From: Candidatus Omnitrophota bacterium
Lineage (GTDB): Bacteria > Omnitrophota > Gorgyraeia > Gygaellales > Gygaellaceae
Direction: 5' to 3'
Assembly (NCBI GenBank): GCA_018400015.1
Contig: JAGYNB010000001.1
Span: 134,815 to 198,814, forward strand
DNA length: 64,000 nucleotides
Part shown: positions 35,606-45,459 of the stretch, piece after piece
How positions within the stretch are numbered: position 1 is the first letter of the stretch
Layout of the letters: each line of letters starts with the position of its first letter
Translations under genes and position numbers: made by a program
The notes under the pieces: generated by a model
What the model saw: only the letters and a program-made list of their open reading frames with translations
What the model was told of the DNA's origin: nothing
Databases searched by the model: none

Positions 35606-38600
35606 ATGAAAAACATAAAATATGCGATAAACAAAAAAAAGGAATTCGAGATAGGTTCTTTTAATCAGGCAAAAACCTTTTCTTCATTTTTTCCTGCAGT
35701 TGCCGGGGTTTACGGAATACCGATGTGGGTTTTTTATGTCAATAGAGGTCAGGCCGTAGCCAGTTTCGGTATTAAAGACAAAGATCATGCGATTTTAGAG
35801 TTTTATCCGGCCAATAGAGCATATGAAAATACGTCCTTAACTGGATTTAGAACATTTATTAAATTGAAGAAAAATGGTAAAGTTGTATTTTATGAGCCGT
35901 TTCGAGAAAGCCTTCATAATAATAATTTTAATATTGAAAATAAAATGAGTATTTCTTCTTGCGATTTGAAGCTTGAAGAGATTAATAATACGTTAGGTAT
36001 TAAGGTGTCAGTGGAATATTTTACTGTCCCCGAGGAAAATTTTGCCGCACTTGCAAGGGTAGTAAGGGTAACCAATTTAAATAAATCAAAAATTGATATA
36101 GAAGTTATTGATGGCCTTCCAAGAATCGTTTGTTACGGGGTAAATAACTGGTTCTTAAAACATCTAAGCCGTACAGTGGAAGCATGGATGCGTTCGGTTC
36201 AGATAAAGAAAAGCGCATTTTTTAGTTTGCGAGTTGACCCTACGGATTCATCGGATATTAACCATATTCACGGAGGTAATTTTTATTTAAGTTTTATCGA
36301 TGATAAGAAATTAATTGCACCGATTGTTGAATCAAGTATAATTTTCGGTTCTGTAAACGATTTATCATATCCAAAACAGTTTTTTAACTCAAGAAATTTC
36401 AAATATCCGCAAAAGCAGATAACTACCTCAAAGACGCCTTGTGCTTTTACTTTATTTAAGAAAAGCTTATCTTGTGCAAAAGAAGTTTGTTTAAGGTCTT
36501 TAATCGGCAGCGTTGAAACCGAACATTCAATGAATTCAGTTATCAGTAAAGTTTCCTTTAAGGAGTATTTTACTGTTAAAAAAGCGAGGAATAAAGAGAT
36601 TATCGATGAAATAACAGACAATATTTTTACGGTTAGTTCATCCGTAGAATTCAATCAGTATAGTTGCCAGAGTTATCTGGATAATGTTTTGCGCGGTGGT
36701 TTTGCGATGACTGTAAAGAGCAATTCCCACAAAAATGTTTTTTATGTTTATTCTCGTATACACGGAGATTTAGAGAGGGATTACAATAATTTTCAGATAT
36801 TGCCTAGTTATTTTTCTCAAGGTAACGGTAATTACCGCGACGTGAATCAGAATAGGCGTTGTGATAACTGGTTTAATATCGATTTGGATTGTGAGAATAT
36901 TACTGCTCTTTTAAGTCTTATACAGCTTGATGGGTATAATCCGCTTGTTCTGAAGGGAGCTATGTTTGAACTTAAGGATAAGGATTTTATCACTAGTAAT
37001 CTTAAAAAAATAACCAGCAGTAAAGAATTGAATGATTTAAAAAGTTTTCTCTCTAAGCCGTTTAGTCCGGGACATTTGATGGCAAAGCTTAAGGAGAAGA
37101 AAATAAATTCTTCCATAGGACAAGTCGACTTGTTTTTAAAAATAATCGCCTCATGCGTACAAATTTACGAAGCAGAACATAAAGAGGGTTTTTGGAGTGA
37201 CCATTGGAGCTATAATACCGATTTACTGGAGAATTATTTAAGTCTATATCCGGAAAAGTTAAAAAAATTATTAATAGAAGATAAACGCTTCACCTTTTTT
37301 GATAATGCTTATTATGTAAAACCGCGCGCCCAAAGATATGTTTTAAAACATAATTTTCCCAGGCAGCTTAATTGTGTAGCACTGGATAAAAAGAAGCAGG
37401 ATTTGTTAAGACAAAGAATTTCCCAGGGGTTCGCCGTAAGAACTGATAATGGCAAGGGTGAAATTTACTATGCTAATTTAGTTACAAAACTTATCTGTAT
37501 TATTGTAAATAAACTAGCCACAATGGATCCGTTTGATACCGGTATTGAGATGGAATCCGATAAGCCGAATTGGTTTGATTCGCTAAATGGTCTGCCTGGT
37601 CTTTTTGGTTCTTCAAGCTGCGAGACATTTGAACTTAAAAGGCTTGTGGATTTATTATTAAATTATCTTGGTAAAATAGATTTTGATTCTGTAAGTATTC
37701 CGCAAGAAATATCCCAGTTTTTAGTTCAGTTATCCGTTTTAGTTAAAGATGAAAAAGATCCATTTAAATATTGGGATAAGGCAAACACTCTAAAAGAAGA
37801 ATACAGGAAGAAAGTTCATTTTGGTTTATCCGGAAAAGAAAACCAAATATCAAAAGTAAATTTGCTGGAATTTTTAAATAAGGTTTCAAAGAAGCTTTGT
37901 CGTTCTCTTAACAATGCGTTTGATTCAAAACAAAAAATCTACAACACTTATTTTATAAATGAATTGATTGAATTCGATAAACAGTACTTGTCAGGCGAAA
38001 AAGAAGGTGTCAGCGTATTAAAACCGTTGAGATTTAAACAAAAACCGCTGGCGAATTTCCTTGAGGCGCAGATGCATGCTTTACGCATTGAAAAAGACAT
38101 AAATAAGGCAAGAGAGCTTTATGGGAATGTGAGAAAAAGCAATCTTTATGATAAGAAGCTTAAGATGTACAAGGTCTGCGCTTCTTTAGAAAAAGAACCA
38201 TTAGATATTGGCAGAGTTAGGGCATTTACTCCTGGGTGGCTTGAAAATGAGTCTATATGGCTACATATGGAATATAAATATCTTCTGGAGCTATTAAGAA
38301 CACAGCTTTTTGAAGAGTTCTATAATGAATTAAAAGATGTTTTGATCCCTTTTCAGGATCCACATCGTTACGGTAGAAGCATATTGGAAAATTCATCATT
38401 TTTGGTTTCGAGTGTCAATCCTGATGAAAATATTCATGGTAATGGTTTTGTGGCGAGGCTTAGCGGGTCAACAGCAGAGTTTCTAAATATTTGGCTGTGG
38501 ATGTGTGCAGGGCAGCAACCTTTTGCCGCAAAAGAAAAGGGGTTGATTCTTGAATTCAAGCCAGCACTTAAAGCATGGCTGTTCACTAAAGTTAAAAAAG

Positions 38601-38869
38601 CATATAGTTTTATTATTGATCGTGAGAGAAAGTCTGTAAAAATAGATAAAAACTGTTTTGCTTTTAATTTTTTAGGCAAATGTTTAGTTGTATATCATAA
38701 TCCAAAGAGAAAAGATACTTTTGGCAAGAAAGCCGCGGTTATAAAGAATATTAGTTTACGGGAAAAGAATTCCTGCAAACACGAGATTTTATCAGGAGTC
38801 ATTTGCGGTGCTTTAGCCAAAAGGGTTCGAGATGGCCTTATCGAGCGCATAGATATCTATCTTTCCTAG
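35606..38869 (+). CDS. Large (1087 aa) conserved hypothetical protein of unassigned family
   Basis: Long uninterrupted ORF with no TM segments and no motif I can assign to a named family. Candidate acidic/aromatic-rich segments: SDHWSYNTDLLENY, NGNYRDVNQNRR, EMESDKPNWFDSLNGLPGLFGSS. Confidence 0.5.
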   Translation: MKNIKYAINKKKEFEIGSFNQAKTFSSFFPAVAGVYGIPMWVFYVNRGQAVASFGIKDKDHAILEFYPANRAYENTSLTGFRTFIKLKKNGKVVFYEPFRESLHNNNFNIENKMSISSCDLKLEEINNTLGIKVSVEYFTVPEENFAALARVVRVTNLNKSKIDIEVIDGLPRIVCYGVNNWFLKHLSRTVEAWMRSVQIKKSAFFSLRVDPTDSSDINHIHGGNFYLSFIDDKKLIAPIVESSIIFGSVNDLSYPKQFFNSRNFKYPQKQITTSKTPCAFTLFKKSLSCAKEVCLRSLIGSVETEHSMNSVISKVSFKEYFTVKKARNKEIIDEITDNIFTVSSSVEFNQYSCQSYLDNVLRGGFAMTVKSNSHKNVFYVYSRIHGDLERDYNNFQILPSYFSQGNGNYRDVNQNRRCDNWFNIDLDCENITALLSLIQLDGYNPLVLKGAMFELKDKDFITSNLKKITSSKELNDLKSFLSKPFSPGHLMAKLKEKKINSSIGQVDLFLKIIASCVQIYEAEHKEGFWSDHWSYNTDLLENYLSLYPEKLKKLLIEDKRFTFFDNAYYVKPRAQRYVLKHNFPRQLNCVALDKKKQDLLRQRISQGFAVRTDNGKGEIYYANLVTKLICIIVNKLATMDPFDTGIEMESDKPNWFDSLNGLPGLFGSSSCETFELKRLVDLLLNYLGKIDFDSVSIPQEISQFLVQLSVLVKDEKDPFKYWDKANTLKEEYRKKVHFGLSGKENQISKVNLLEFLNKVSKKLCRSLNNAFDSKQKIYNTYFINELIEFDKQYLSGEKEGVSVLKPLRFKQKPLANFLEAQMHALRIEKDINKARELYGNVRKSNLYDKKLKMYKVCASLEKEPLDIGRVRAFTPGWLENESIWLHMEYKYLLELLRTQLFEEFYNELKDVLIPFQDPHRYGRSILENSSFLVSSVNPDENIHGNGFVARLSGSTAEFLNIWLWMCAGQQPFAAKEKGLILEFKPALKAWLFTKVKKAYSFIIDRERKSVKIDKNCFAFNFLGKCLVVYHNPKRKDTFGKKAAVIKNISLREKNSCKHEILSGVICGALAKRVRDGLIERIDIYLS

Positions 38870-38912
38870 TTATATCATAATTTTCTAGCCGAATAATAGA
38901 TTTTGACAAAAA

Positions 38913-38941
38913 TCACTAATTTTAATACAATAAAGAGTCAG
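38913..38941 (+). promoter_or_regulatory. Near-consensus sigma70 promoter TTGACA-17 nt-TACAAT upstream of the Lrp/AsnC regulator
   Basis: TTGACA at 38913-38918, a 17-nt spacer, and TACAAT at 38936-38941, followed by an aaaggag SD before the ATG at 38977. Confidence 0.5.
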
Positions 38942-38976
38942 TTAGTGCTTTATTTTATAATTCAAAAGGAGAAAAA

Positions 38977-39462
38977 ATGGACGAAATACTGGAAATACTG
39001 GAAAAAGACTCTCGCATAAGCCCGGAACAGATAGCAAAACTTACTAAAAAGAACGTAAAAAACGTCAAAGCCGCGATAAAAAAATACGAAAAAGACGGCG
39101 TTATTGTTAAATATAAGACTATTATAAATAAAGAGTTAGTTAAAAAAGACGATAATGAAGTTAGGGCTTTGATCGAGGTTAATATAGTACCACAAAAAGA
39201 CGTAGGCTTTGATAGTATTGCCGAAAGGATTTATAAGTTTCCCGAGGTAACCAGCTGTTATCTGTTATCGGGAACATATGATTTGCTTCTTGTGGTAGAG
39301 GGGAAAAACTTGCATACTGTTTCCAATTTTGTTGCTGAGAAACTTTCTCCCATGCCGAATGTAAGAGGTACGGTTACCCATTTTTTGCTTAAAAAATACA
39401 AAGAAGATTCGGTCATATTAAAGCATAAAGAAGATGATAAGCGCATAGCAATATCCTATTAG
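38977..39462 (+). CDS. Lrp/AsnC-family transcriptional regulator (HTH + RAM domain)
   Basis: N-terminal HTH (DEILEILEKDSRISPEQIAKLT) and a C-terminal RAM/ACT-like half; 161 aa. Confidence 0.75.
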   Translation: MDEILEILEKDSRISPEQIAKLTKKNVKNVKAAIKKYEKDGVIVKYKTIINKELVKKDDNEVRALIEVNIVPQKDVGFDSIAERIYKFPEVTSCYLLSGTYDLLLVVEGKNLHTVSNFVAEKLSPMPNVRGTVTHFLLKKYKEDSVILKHKEDDKRIAISY

Positions 39463-39471
39463 AAATAAAAA

Positions 39472-40638
39472 ATGAAAAGTTTTGTATCAAAAATAACTAA
39501 GCAGCTTAAGTCTTCAGGGATCAGGGAGTTTTTTGACTTGGTTTTAGGGATGAAGGAGGTAATTTCCTTAGGTGTGGGAGAGCCTGATTTTGTCACTCCC
39601 TGGCAGATAACAGAGGCCGGTATTTATTCTCTAGAGCAGGGTTTTACAAGTTATACTTCCAATAAAGGGCTTTATAAACTTAGGCTTGGCATATCTAAGT
39701 ATCTGTATAAGAACTATAAATTGGATTATTGCCCGGACGATGAAATTCTTATCACTGTGGGGGTCAGCGAGGCTTTAGATTTAGCTTTGCGCGCAATAAT
39801 AAATCCGGGGGATAAGGTTATTATTCCTATCCCCAGTTATGTATCATACGGCCCGGTTACGGAGTTAGCTGGAGGAAGGCCGGTTTATATCGACACAACA
39901 AAGACTAATTTCAAATTAAGTCCAAAGGACTTATTAAAAAATATCGATAGTAAAACCAAGGCAGTGATATTAAACTATCCAACTAATCCTACGGGCGTTA
40001 CTTATACCAAGGATGAGTTGATGGAATTTAACAGGATAGTCAGCAAAAAAGAGATTCTTTGCATAACCGACGAGGTCTACGGCGATCTTTCTTATGATTT
40101 TGAACATATTCCTTTTGCAACATTAAAGGGTGCAAAGAAACATACGCTTTATCTGAATGGTTTTTCCAAGAGCTATGCGATGACTGGTTGGCGGGTTGGT
40201 TTTGCATGCGGGCCGAAAGATTTAATTTCAGCGATGACAAAAATTCATCAATATACTATTATGTGTGTTTCAAGTACTTCGCAGTGGGCTTCTTATGAAG
40301 CTTTGCATTCAGGCAGAAAATCAGTTGACCAGATGAAGCTTGAATATAAAAGAAGAAGGGAATTCGTTTACAATGTTTTTAATTCTATGGGCTTAAATTG
40401 TGTAAAACCTCAAGGGGCTTTTTATTGTTTTGTTTCTATTAAAAGTACCGGTTTAAGTTCTGTAGAGTTTTCTAAGCGTTTGTTAAAGCAGTATAAAGTA
40501 GCAGTTGTTCCTGGGGTTGCTTTTGGAGATAATGCAGAAGGATATATCAGGGTTTCCTATGCGGAGAATTTCGAAAAGCTTAAAGAGGCATTGAATAGAA
40601 TCACGGAATTTGTCGCGAAAATAAAAAATAAAAATTAA
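39472..40638 (+). CDS. PLP-dependent aminotransferase, class I (aspartate/aromatic aminotransferase-like)
   Basis: Fold-type I AT motifs (GVGEPDF, NYPTNPTG, the PLP-Lys context GFSKSYAMTGWRVG) and about 388 aa. Confidence 0.85.
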   Translation: MKSFVSKITKQLKSSGIREFFDLVLGMKEVISLGVGEPDFVTPWQITEAGIYSLEQGFTSYTSNKGLYKLRLGISKYLYKNYKLDYCPDDEILITVGVSEALDLALRAIINPGDKVIIPIPSYVSYGPVTELAGGRPVYIDTTKTNFKLSPKDLLKNIDSKTKAVILNYPTNPTGVTYTKDELMEFNRIVSKKEILCITDEVYGDLSYDFEHIPFATLKGAKKHTLYLNGFSKSYAMTGWRVGFACGPKDLISAMTKIHQYTIMCVSSTSQWASYEALHSGRKSVDQMKLEYKRRREFVYNVFNSMGLNCVKPQGAFYCFVSIKSTGLSSVEFSKRLLKQYKVAVVPGVAFGDNAEGYIRVSYAENFEKLKEALNRITEFVAKIKNKN

Positions 40639-40654
40639 AACAAGGAAGGTTCGT

Positions 40655-41020
40655 ATGCCACAGAAAAATATTTTGGTAGTTGATGACGAGCAATCAATTA
40701 GAGAGACGATGAAATCTGTACTTGAGGATCATGGATACTCCGTGCGCTTGGCCGATGATGGCATAACTGCTTTAAATGCAATTAAAGAGTCGATCCCTGA
40801 TTTGATAATATCAGATATTAAGATGAAGGATATGGATGGTTACACTCTTTTGCAGGAGCTTAAAAAAAGAGATCTCTCTAGTAAGGTTGCGGTTATAGTT
40901 GTTACTGGCTACAGTGATATGCAGGATTTATTTAGTCTTCAGGAGGTAGCTGATTATATCGTAAAGCCTTTTAATAATGATGACCTGCTTTTAAGAATTG
41001 CCCGCGTTTTGAATAAATGA
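40655..41020 (+). CDS. Stand-alone response regulator receiver (CheY-like REC) protein
   Basis: Acidic pocket VVDDE, phospho-acceptor D in DLIISDIKMKDMDG, conserved T (VIVVTG) and K (IVKPF). Confidence 0.85.
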   Translation: MPQKNILVVDDEQSIRETMKSVLEDHGYSVRLADDGITALNAIKESIPDLIISDIKMKDMDGYTLLQELKKRDLSSKVAVIVVTGYSDMQDLFSLQEVADYIVKPFNNDDLLLRIARVLNK

Positions 41021-41724
41021 AAAAGAAAAAGCCCACTTCTTTTAGAAAACATATTGAAGGTCTTTCTAAGATAAGCGAAACAATAGTTTCAGATTTATAC
41101 CTTGAGGACATCCTAAGGCTTGTCGTCATGGTTACGGCAGAAGTTATGGATTCCAAGATTTGTTCTTTGCTTTTGTTAGATGCTGAAAAAAACGAACTTG
41201 TTGTGCGTGCAACGCAATCAGTCAGTGAGTCGTATAACAAAAAACCTAATATAAATTTAGGGGAAGGCATAGCCGGTAAGGTGGCCTTAGAAAAAAAGCC
41301 CATAGTTGTGCCAGATGTAAGAAAAGAACCACTTTATAGAAATAGAGAAATAGCGCAAAAAGAAAAGCTTTGTTCTTTGTTAAGCGTACCGATGCAGGTA
41401 AAAGGCAAAGTAATAGGAGTGTTGAATATATACACTTCCAAAAGGCATAAGTTTCTCAAAGAAGAGGTGGCTGTTTTAAGTGCTGTAGCAAACCAGGCGG
41501 CGATTGCAATTGAGAATGCAAGACTTCTGATGCATTCAAAGACGATTGAGCAGGAGTTGAAGGTGCGTAAGCTTGTCGAGCGCGCCAAAGGGATATTAAT
41601 GAGAAAGTTAGGCCTTGGCGAGGAAGAGGCGTTTCGTAAGATCCAGAAGCAGGCGATGAATATGCGTAAGAGCATGCAGGAGATTGCCGAAGCGATTATT
41701 CTAAGTAAGGAAATAATATCATAA
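41017..41724 (+). CDS. GAF-ANTAR RNA-binding antitermination-type regulator
   Basis: N-terminal GAF domain (…ICSLLLLDAEKNELVVRAT…GEGIAGKVALEKKPIVVPDV…) and a C-terminal ANTAR helix bundle (LKVRKLVERAKGILMRKLGLGEEEAFRKIQKQAMNMRKSMQEIAEAII). Overlaps the REC gene by 4 nt. Confidence 0.8.
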   Translation: MKKKKPTSFRKHIEGLSKISETIVSDLYLEDILRLVVMVTAEVMDSKICSLLLLDAEKNELVVRATQSVSESYNKKPNINLGEGIAGKVALEKKPIVVPDVRKEPLYRNREIAQKEKLCSLLSVPMQVKGKVIGVLNIYTSKRHKFLKEEVAVLSAVANQAAIAIENARLLMHSKTIEQELKVRKLVERAKGILMRKLGLGEEEAFRKIQKQAMNMRKSMQEIAEAIILSKEIIS

Positions 41725-41733
41725 GGTAAACAG

Positions 41734-43257
41734 ATGAATAATATTGGTTTTGATAATGAAAAATATTTAAAAGAGCAGACCAGCGCAATTTTAGACAGGG
41801 TTAAGAAGTTTGATAACAAACTTTATTTGGAATTTGGCGGAAAGCTTTGTTATGATTATCATGCAGCAAGAGTTTTGCCAGGTTATGATCCTAACGTAAA
41901 GTTAAGGCTTTTGCATTCGTTAAAGGATAAGATAGATATCGTTTTATGCGTTTATGCATCAGATATCGAGAATGGCAGAGTAAGAGGGGATTTTGGTATT
42001 ACTTATGATGCGGCAACATTCAAACTTATTGATGATTTAAGAGGCTGGGGTTTGGATATTTTAGCAGTTGTGATTACCCGATATTCCGGTCAACCTTCGG
42101 CAAAGATATTTAAAAATAAATTAGAACATCGTAACGTAAAGGTGTATTTGTCTTATCCTATAGAAGGATACCCAACTAGTATTGATTTGGTTGTTAATGA
42201 TGATGGTTTTGGAAAGAATGAGTTCGTTGAAACCAAGAAACCGATAGTGGTGGTTACTGCTCCCGGGCCAAACAGCGGTAAGCTTTCAACATGTCTATCG
42301 CAGCTTTATCAAGAACATAAGCGCGGCATTATTGCCGGGTATGCTAAGTTTGAAACCTTTCCCATATGGAATCTTCCCTTGAAACATCCGGTTAACGTAG
42401 CTTATGAAGCAGCAACTGCGGATATCCAGGATTTTAATTTGGTTGATCCGTTTCATTTGAATGCATATCACAAAACCACAATTAATTACAATAGGGACGT
42501 GGAAAGTTTTCCCATATTGAAACTTATGTTAAATAAGATTTATGAAAAGAACAAGAAATTACCTTCTTATAATTCACCGACGGATATGGGGGTTAATAGG
42601 GCTGGTTTTGGTATAATCGATGATCAGGTGGTAAGAACGGCAGCAAAACAGGAGTTGATCAGAAGATATTTTCGTTATAATACCGAGTATATATTGGGAA
42701 TTGAAAAGAAATCTACCGTAGAAAGAGTTGCTGCTTTAATGGAAGAGTTGGCTGTAAAAATATCTGATAGAAGCGTTGTGGATGTTGCACGTAAAGCAGC
42801 GACTGAGGCTGAAACCAAAGGCAAGGGTAATGAAGGCATATTCTGTGGCGCAGCAATAGAACTTTCCAATAAGAAGATTATTGCCGGAAAAAACTCTAAA
42901 CTTATGCATGCAGCTTCAAGTGTGATACTTAATTCTATTAAGGTATTAGCTAATATTCCAGATGAGATATTGCTTTTGTCTCCTCACGTAATAAGTCAGA
43001 TCTCAAAATTAAAAGAGGGTATTTTAAGCGGAGAATCAGAAAGTTTAGATCTTGAAGAAACTCTAATCGCTCTTTCTATAAGCGCTGCTACCAATCATAC
43101 GGTAGAATTGGCAATGTCTAAACTAAAAGATTTAAGAGGCTGTGAGGTGCACATGACGCACATACCTACTCCCGGAGACGAAGTTGGTTTTCAAAGGCTG
43201 GGGGTTAATCTTACTACTGACGGTCAGTTTTCATCTAGGAATCTTTTCGTTACTTAA
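41734..43257 (+). CDS. UPF0371/DUF1846-family protein (function unknown)
   Basis: The N-terminus (YLEFGGKLCYDYHAARVLPGYDPNVKL) matches my memory of the UPF0371 family, about 500 aa. Family assignment is from recall only. Confidence 0.55.
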   Translation: MNNIGFDNEKYLKEQTSAILDRVKKFDNKLYLEFGGKLCYDYHAARVLPGYDPNVKLRLLHSLKDKIDIVLCVYASDIENGRVRGDFGITYDAATFKLIDDLRGWGLDILAVVITRYSGQPSAKIFKNKLEHRNVKVYLSYPIEGYPTSIDLVVNDDGFGKNEFVETKKPIVVVTAPGPNSGKLSTCLSQLYQEHKRGIIAGYAKFETFPIWNLPLKHPVNVAYEAATADIQDFNLVDPFHLNAYHKTTINYNRDVESFPILKLMLNKIYEKNKKLPSYNSPTDMGVNRAGFGIIDDQVVRTAAKQELIRRYFRYNTEYILGIEKKSTVERVAALMEELAVKISDRSVVDVARKAATEAETKGKGNEGIFCGAAIELSNKKIIAGKNSKLMHAASSVILNSIKVLANIPDEILLLSPHVISQISKLKEGILSGESESLDLEETLIALSISAATNHTVELAMSKLKDLRGCEVHMTHIPTPGDEVGFQRLGVNLTTDGQFSSRNLFVT

Positions 43258-43260
43258 AAT

Positions 43261-44646
43261 ATGATTAAAGAGTCTTGCGGAGTATTTGGAGTTTACGGTG
43301 ATAGTAACGCTTCTTTGCTTACTTATCTTGGGCTGTATGCTCTTCAGCATAGAGGTCAGGAAAGTGCAGGGATTGTTACTAGTGATAGAGGAAAGATTTC
43401 TTTTTACAAGGATTTGGGGTTGGTAAACGAGGTGTTTACCGACGATATACTAAAAAATCTAAAAGGCGATATGGCTGTGGGTCATGTACGTTATTCAACC
43501 ACGGGTTCATCTTGCGTAAGAAACATCCAGCCGTTTCTGGCAGAATTCAGAGGTTCTGTGATTGCCTTAGGTCACAATGGCAATCTTACCAATGCAGTAG
43601 AACTGCATAATCTATTAGAAGAAAAGGGTGCGATTTTTCAGTCTAGCATGGACAGCGAGGTTATAGTTCATCTTATCGCCCATTCCCAGGAAGATTCATT
43701 TGAAAAAAGAGTTACTGCGAGTCTAAAAAAATTAAAGGGTGCATATTCGCTTGTGTTTATGACTAAAGATAGGTTAATTGGAGCACGCGATCCTTTTGGT
43801 TTTAGGCCTTTATGTTTAGGTCGGTTAGGCAAATCATTTATTTTAGCATCAGAAACCAGCGCGTTAGATTTAATAAATGCTAAATATGTAAGAGACATTC
43901 GTCCTGGTGAAGTAGTTTTTATCAATAAAAAAGGAATAAAAAGCATTTATTTTTCTCAAAGCATTAAGCAGTCATCTTGTATGTTTGAATATATTTATTT
44001 TGCCAGGCCAGATAGCAATATTTTCGGACGCAACGTTTATAGGGTAAGGAAAGCGCTGGGAGAGCAGTTGGCTGAGGAAGTTAGTATTGATGCGGATTTA
44101 GTTGTTCCTGTACCTGACTCCGGTAATTATGCAGCTTTAGGTTTTGCCCAGAAGAAAAATATTGCTTATGAGCCGGCAGTAATACGCAATCATTATATAG
44201 GAAGAACTTTTATAGAGCCAAGCCAGAGGATGAGAGATCTAAAGGTGAGATTAAAACTTAATCCGGCAAAAGAGATTATTGATGGCAAAAGAATTATTAT
44301 TGTAGAGGATTCTATCGTAAGGGGTACTACCACTAAGGCGAGAATTAGAACCTTGAGAGAAGCGGGTGCAAAGAAAATCCATATGCTGGTTAGTTGTCCA
44401 CCGATTAAATACCCTTGTTTTTATGGGATTGATTTCCCGACACGAAAAGAATTGATTGCTTCTTCAAAATCAATTGAGAAGATAAGAAAGTTTCTTGAAC
44501 TCGATTCCTTATATTATTTAAGTCTTAAAGGAATGTTAAGGGCAATGACCGATCAAAAGACTAAATTGTGTTTGGCCTGTTTTAACGGCGATTATGCCGA
44601 AACAATAAGCAGGAGAATATCAAAAACTAGTTTAGAGACAAGGTAG
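43261..44646 (+). CDS. purF: Amidophosphoribosyltransferase
   Basis: N-terminal nucleophile CGVFGV, Ntn glutaminase domain, PRTase motif (IIVEDSIVRGTT), and a C-terminal Cys cluster for a 4Fe-4S centre. Confidence 0.9.
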   Translation: MIKESCGVFGVYGDSNASLLTYLGLYALQHRGQESAGIVTSDRGKISFYKDLGLVNEVFTDDILKNLKGDMAVGHVRYSTTGSSCVRNIQPFLAEFRGSVIALGHNGNLTNAVELHNLLEEKGAIFQSSMDSEVIVHLIAHSQEDSFEKRVTASLKKLKGAYSLVFMTKDRLIGARDPFGFRPLCLGRLGKSFILASETSALDLINAKYVRDIRPGEVVFINKKGIKSIYFSQSIKQSSCMFEYIYFARPDSNIFGRNVYRVRKALGEQLAEEVSIDADLVVPVPDSGNYAALGFAQKKNIAYEPAVIRNHYIGRTFIEPSQRMRDLKVRLKLNPAKEIIDGKRIIIVEDSIVRGTTTKARIRTLREAGAKKIHMLVSCPPIKYPCFYGIDFPTRKELIASSKSIEKIRKFLELDSLYYLSLKGMLRAMTDQKTKLCLACFNGDYAETISRRISKTSLETR

Positions 44647-44653
44647 GATAGTT

Positions 44654-44983
44654 ATGGAAAATATTGTTTCTGTTTTAAGGGCGGTATATTTCGTGTTGAA
44701 GAAAAATTTGTTTGATTTCCGCTTTACATTTGATAACCCATGGTTGTGGATTTGCTTTGGGATTATTGTGTTTTGGATGTTGAAGTATTGGAACTTAAAG
44801 AAGATTATCTGGTTTGTTATTTGTATAGGAACCCTTATTTTCTTAAGAAGCAAGGTATATGAATATTTAGCTTCTTATATGCCTGGTCCTAGAGAAGGCT
44901 ACTCAGATATGCTTGTGGGAATTATTTTTTCTATTACGGTAGTAATCGTAGTAATTTATTTTTTGTTTGTCAGACAAGAGTGA
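44654..44983 (+). CDS. Small integral membrane protein (3 predicted TM helices), unknown function
   Basis: Hydrophobic 109-aa ORF in an operon-like position after purF. Confidence 0.4.
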   Translation: MENIVSVLRAVYFVLKKNLFDFRFTFDNPWLWICFGIIVFWMLKYWNLKKIIWFVICIGTLIFLRSKVYEYLASYMPGPREGYSDMLVGIIFSITVVIVVIYFLFVRQE

Positions 44984-45002
44984 TCATTCTAAGGAGATAT
45001 AT

Positions 45003-45452
45003 ATGAGTTTAGAAAATAAGATATTAGAGGATTATAAGATAGCTTTAAAGAATAAAAATAAACTTAAAGCATCTGTTTTAAGTTTGTTGCGCTCAGAGAT
45101 TAAGAATTATCTTATTCAGACGCAAGACAAAGAAATGTCAGATGAAGATGTGATAAGGGTAATCAAAAAACACACCGCGAAAAATCAGGATTCAATAAAT
45201 CAGTTTGAATCCGGCAATAGGAAAGATCTGGCCGAAAAAGAAAAACAGGAATACCTAATTCTTAAAGAATACCTTCCCGAGGAGCTCAGTGAAGAAAAGA
45301 TCAGGCAAACTATCGAATCCGTAATTAGTGAGCTTAATGCTCAAGATATAAAGGCAATGGGAGCCGTGATGAAAGAGGTCCTCTCAAGAATAGGTTCTCA
45401 GGCTGACGGTAAGCTGGTGAGTTCTATTGTAAAAGAAAAACTTTCCTCTTAA
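45003..45452 (+). CDS. yqeY: GatB/YqeY-domain protein
   Basis: YqeY signature (ALKNKNKLKASVLSLLRSEIKN…) with aaggag 7 nt upstream of this ATG. The tracked ORF starts 36 nt earlier and lacks an SD. Confidence 0.75.
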   Translation: MSLENKILEDYKIALKNKNKLKASVLSLLRSEIKNYLIQTQDKEMSDEDVIRVIKKHTAKNQDSINQFESGNRKDLAEKEKQEYLILKEYLPEELSEEKIRQTIESVISELNAQDIKAMGAVMKEVLSRIGSQADGKLVSSIVKEKLSS

Positions 45453-45459
45453 AAAGATT

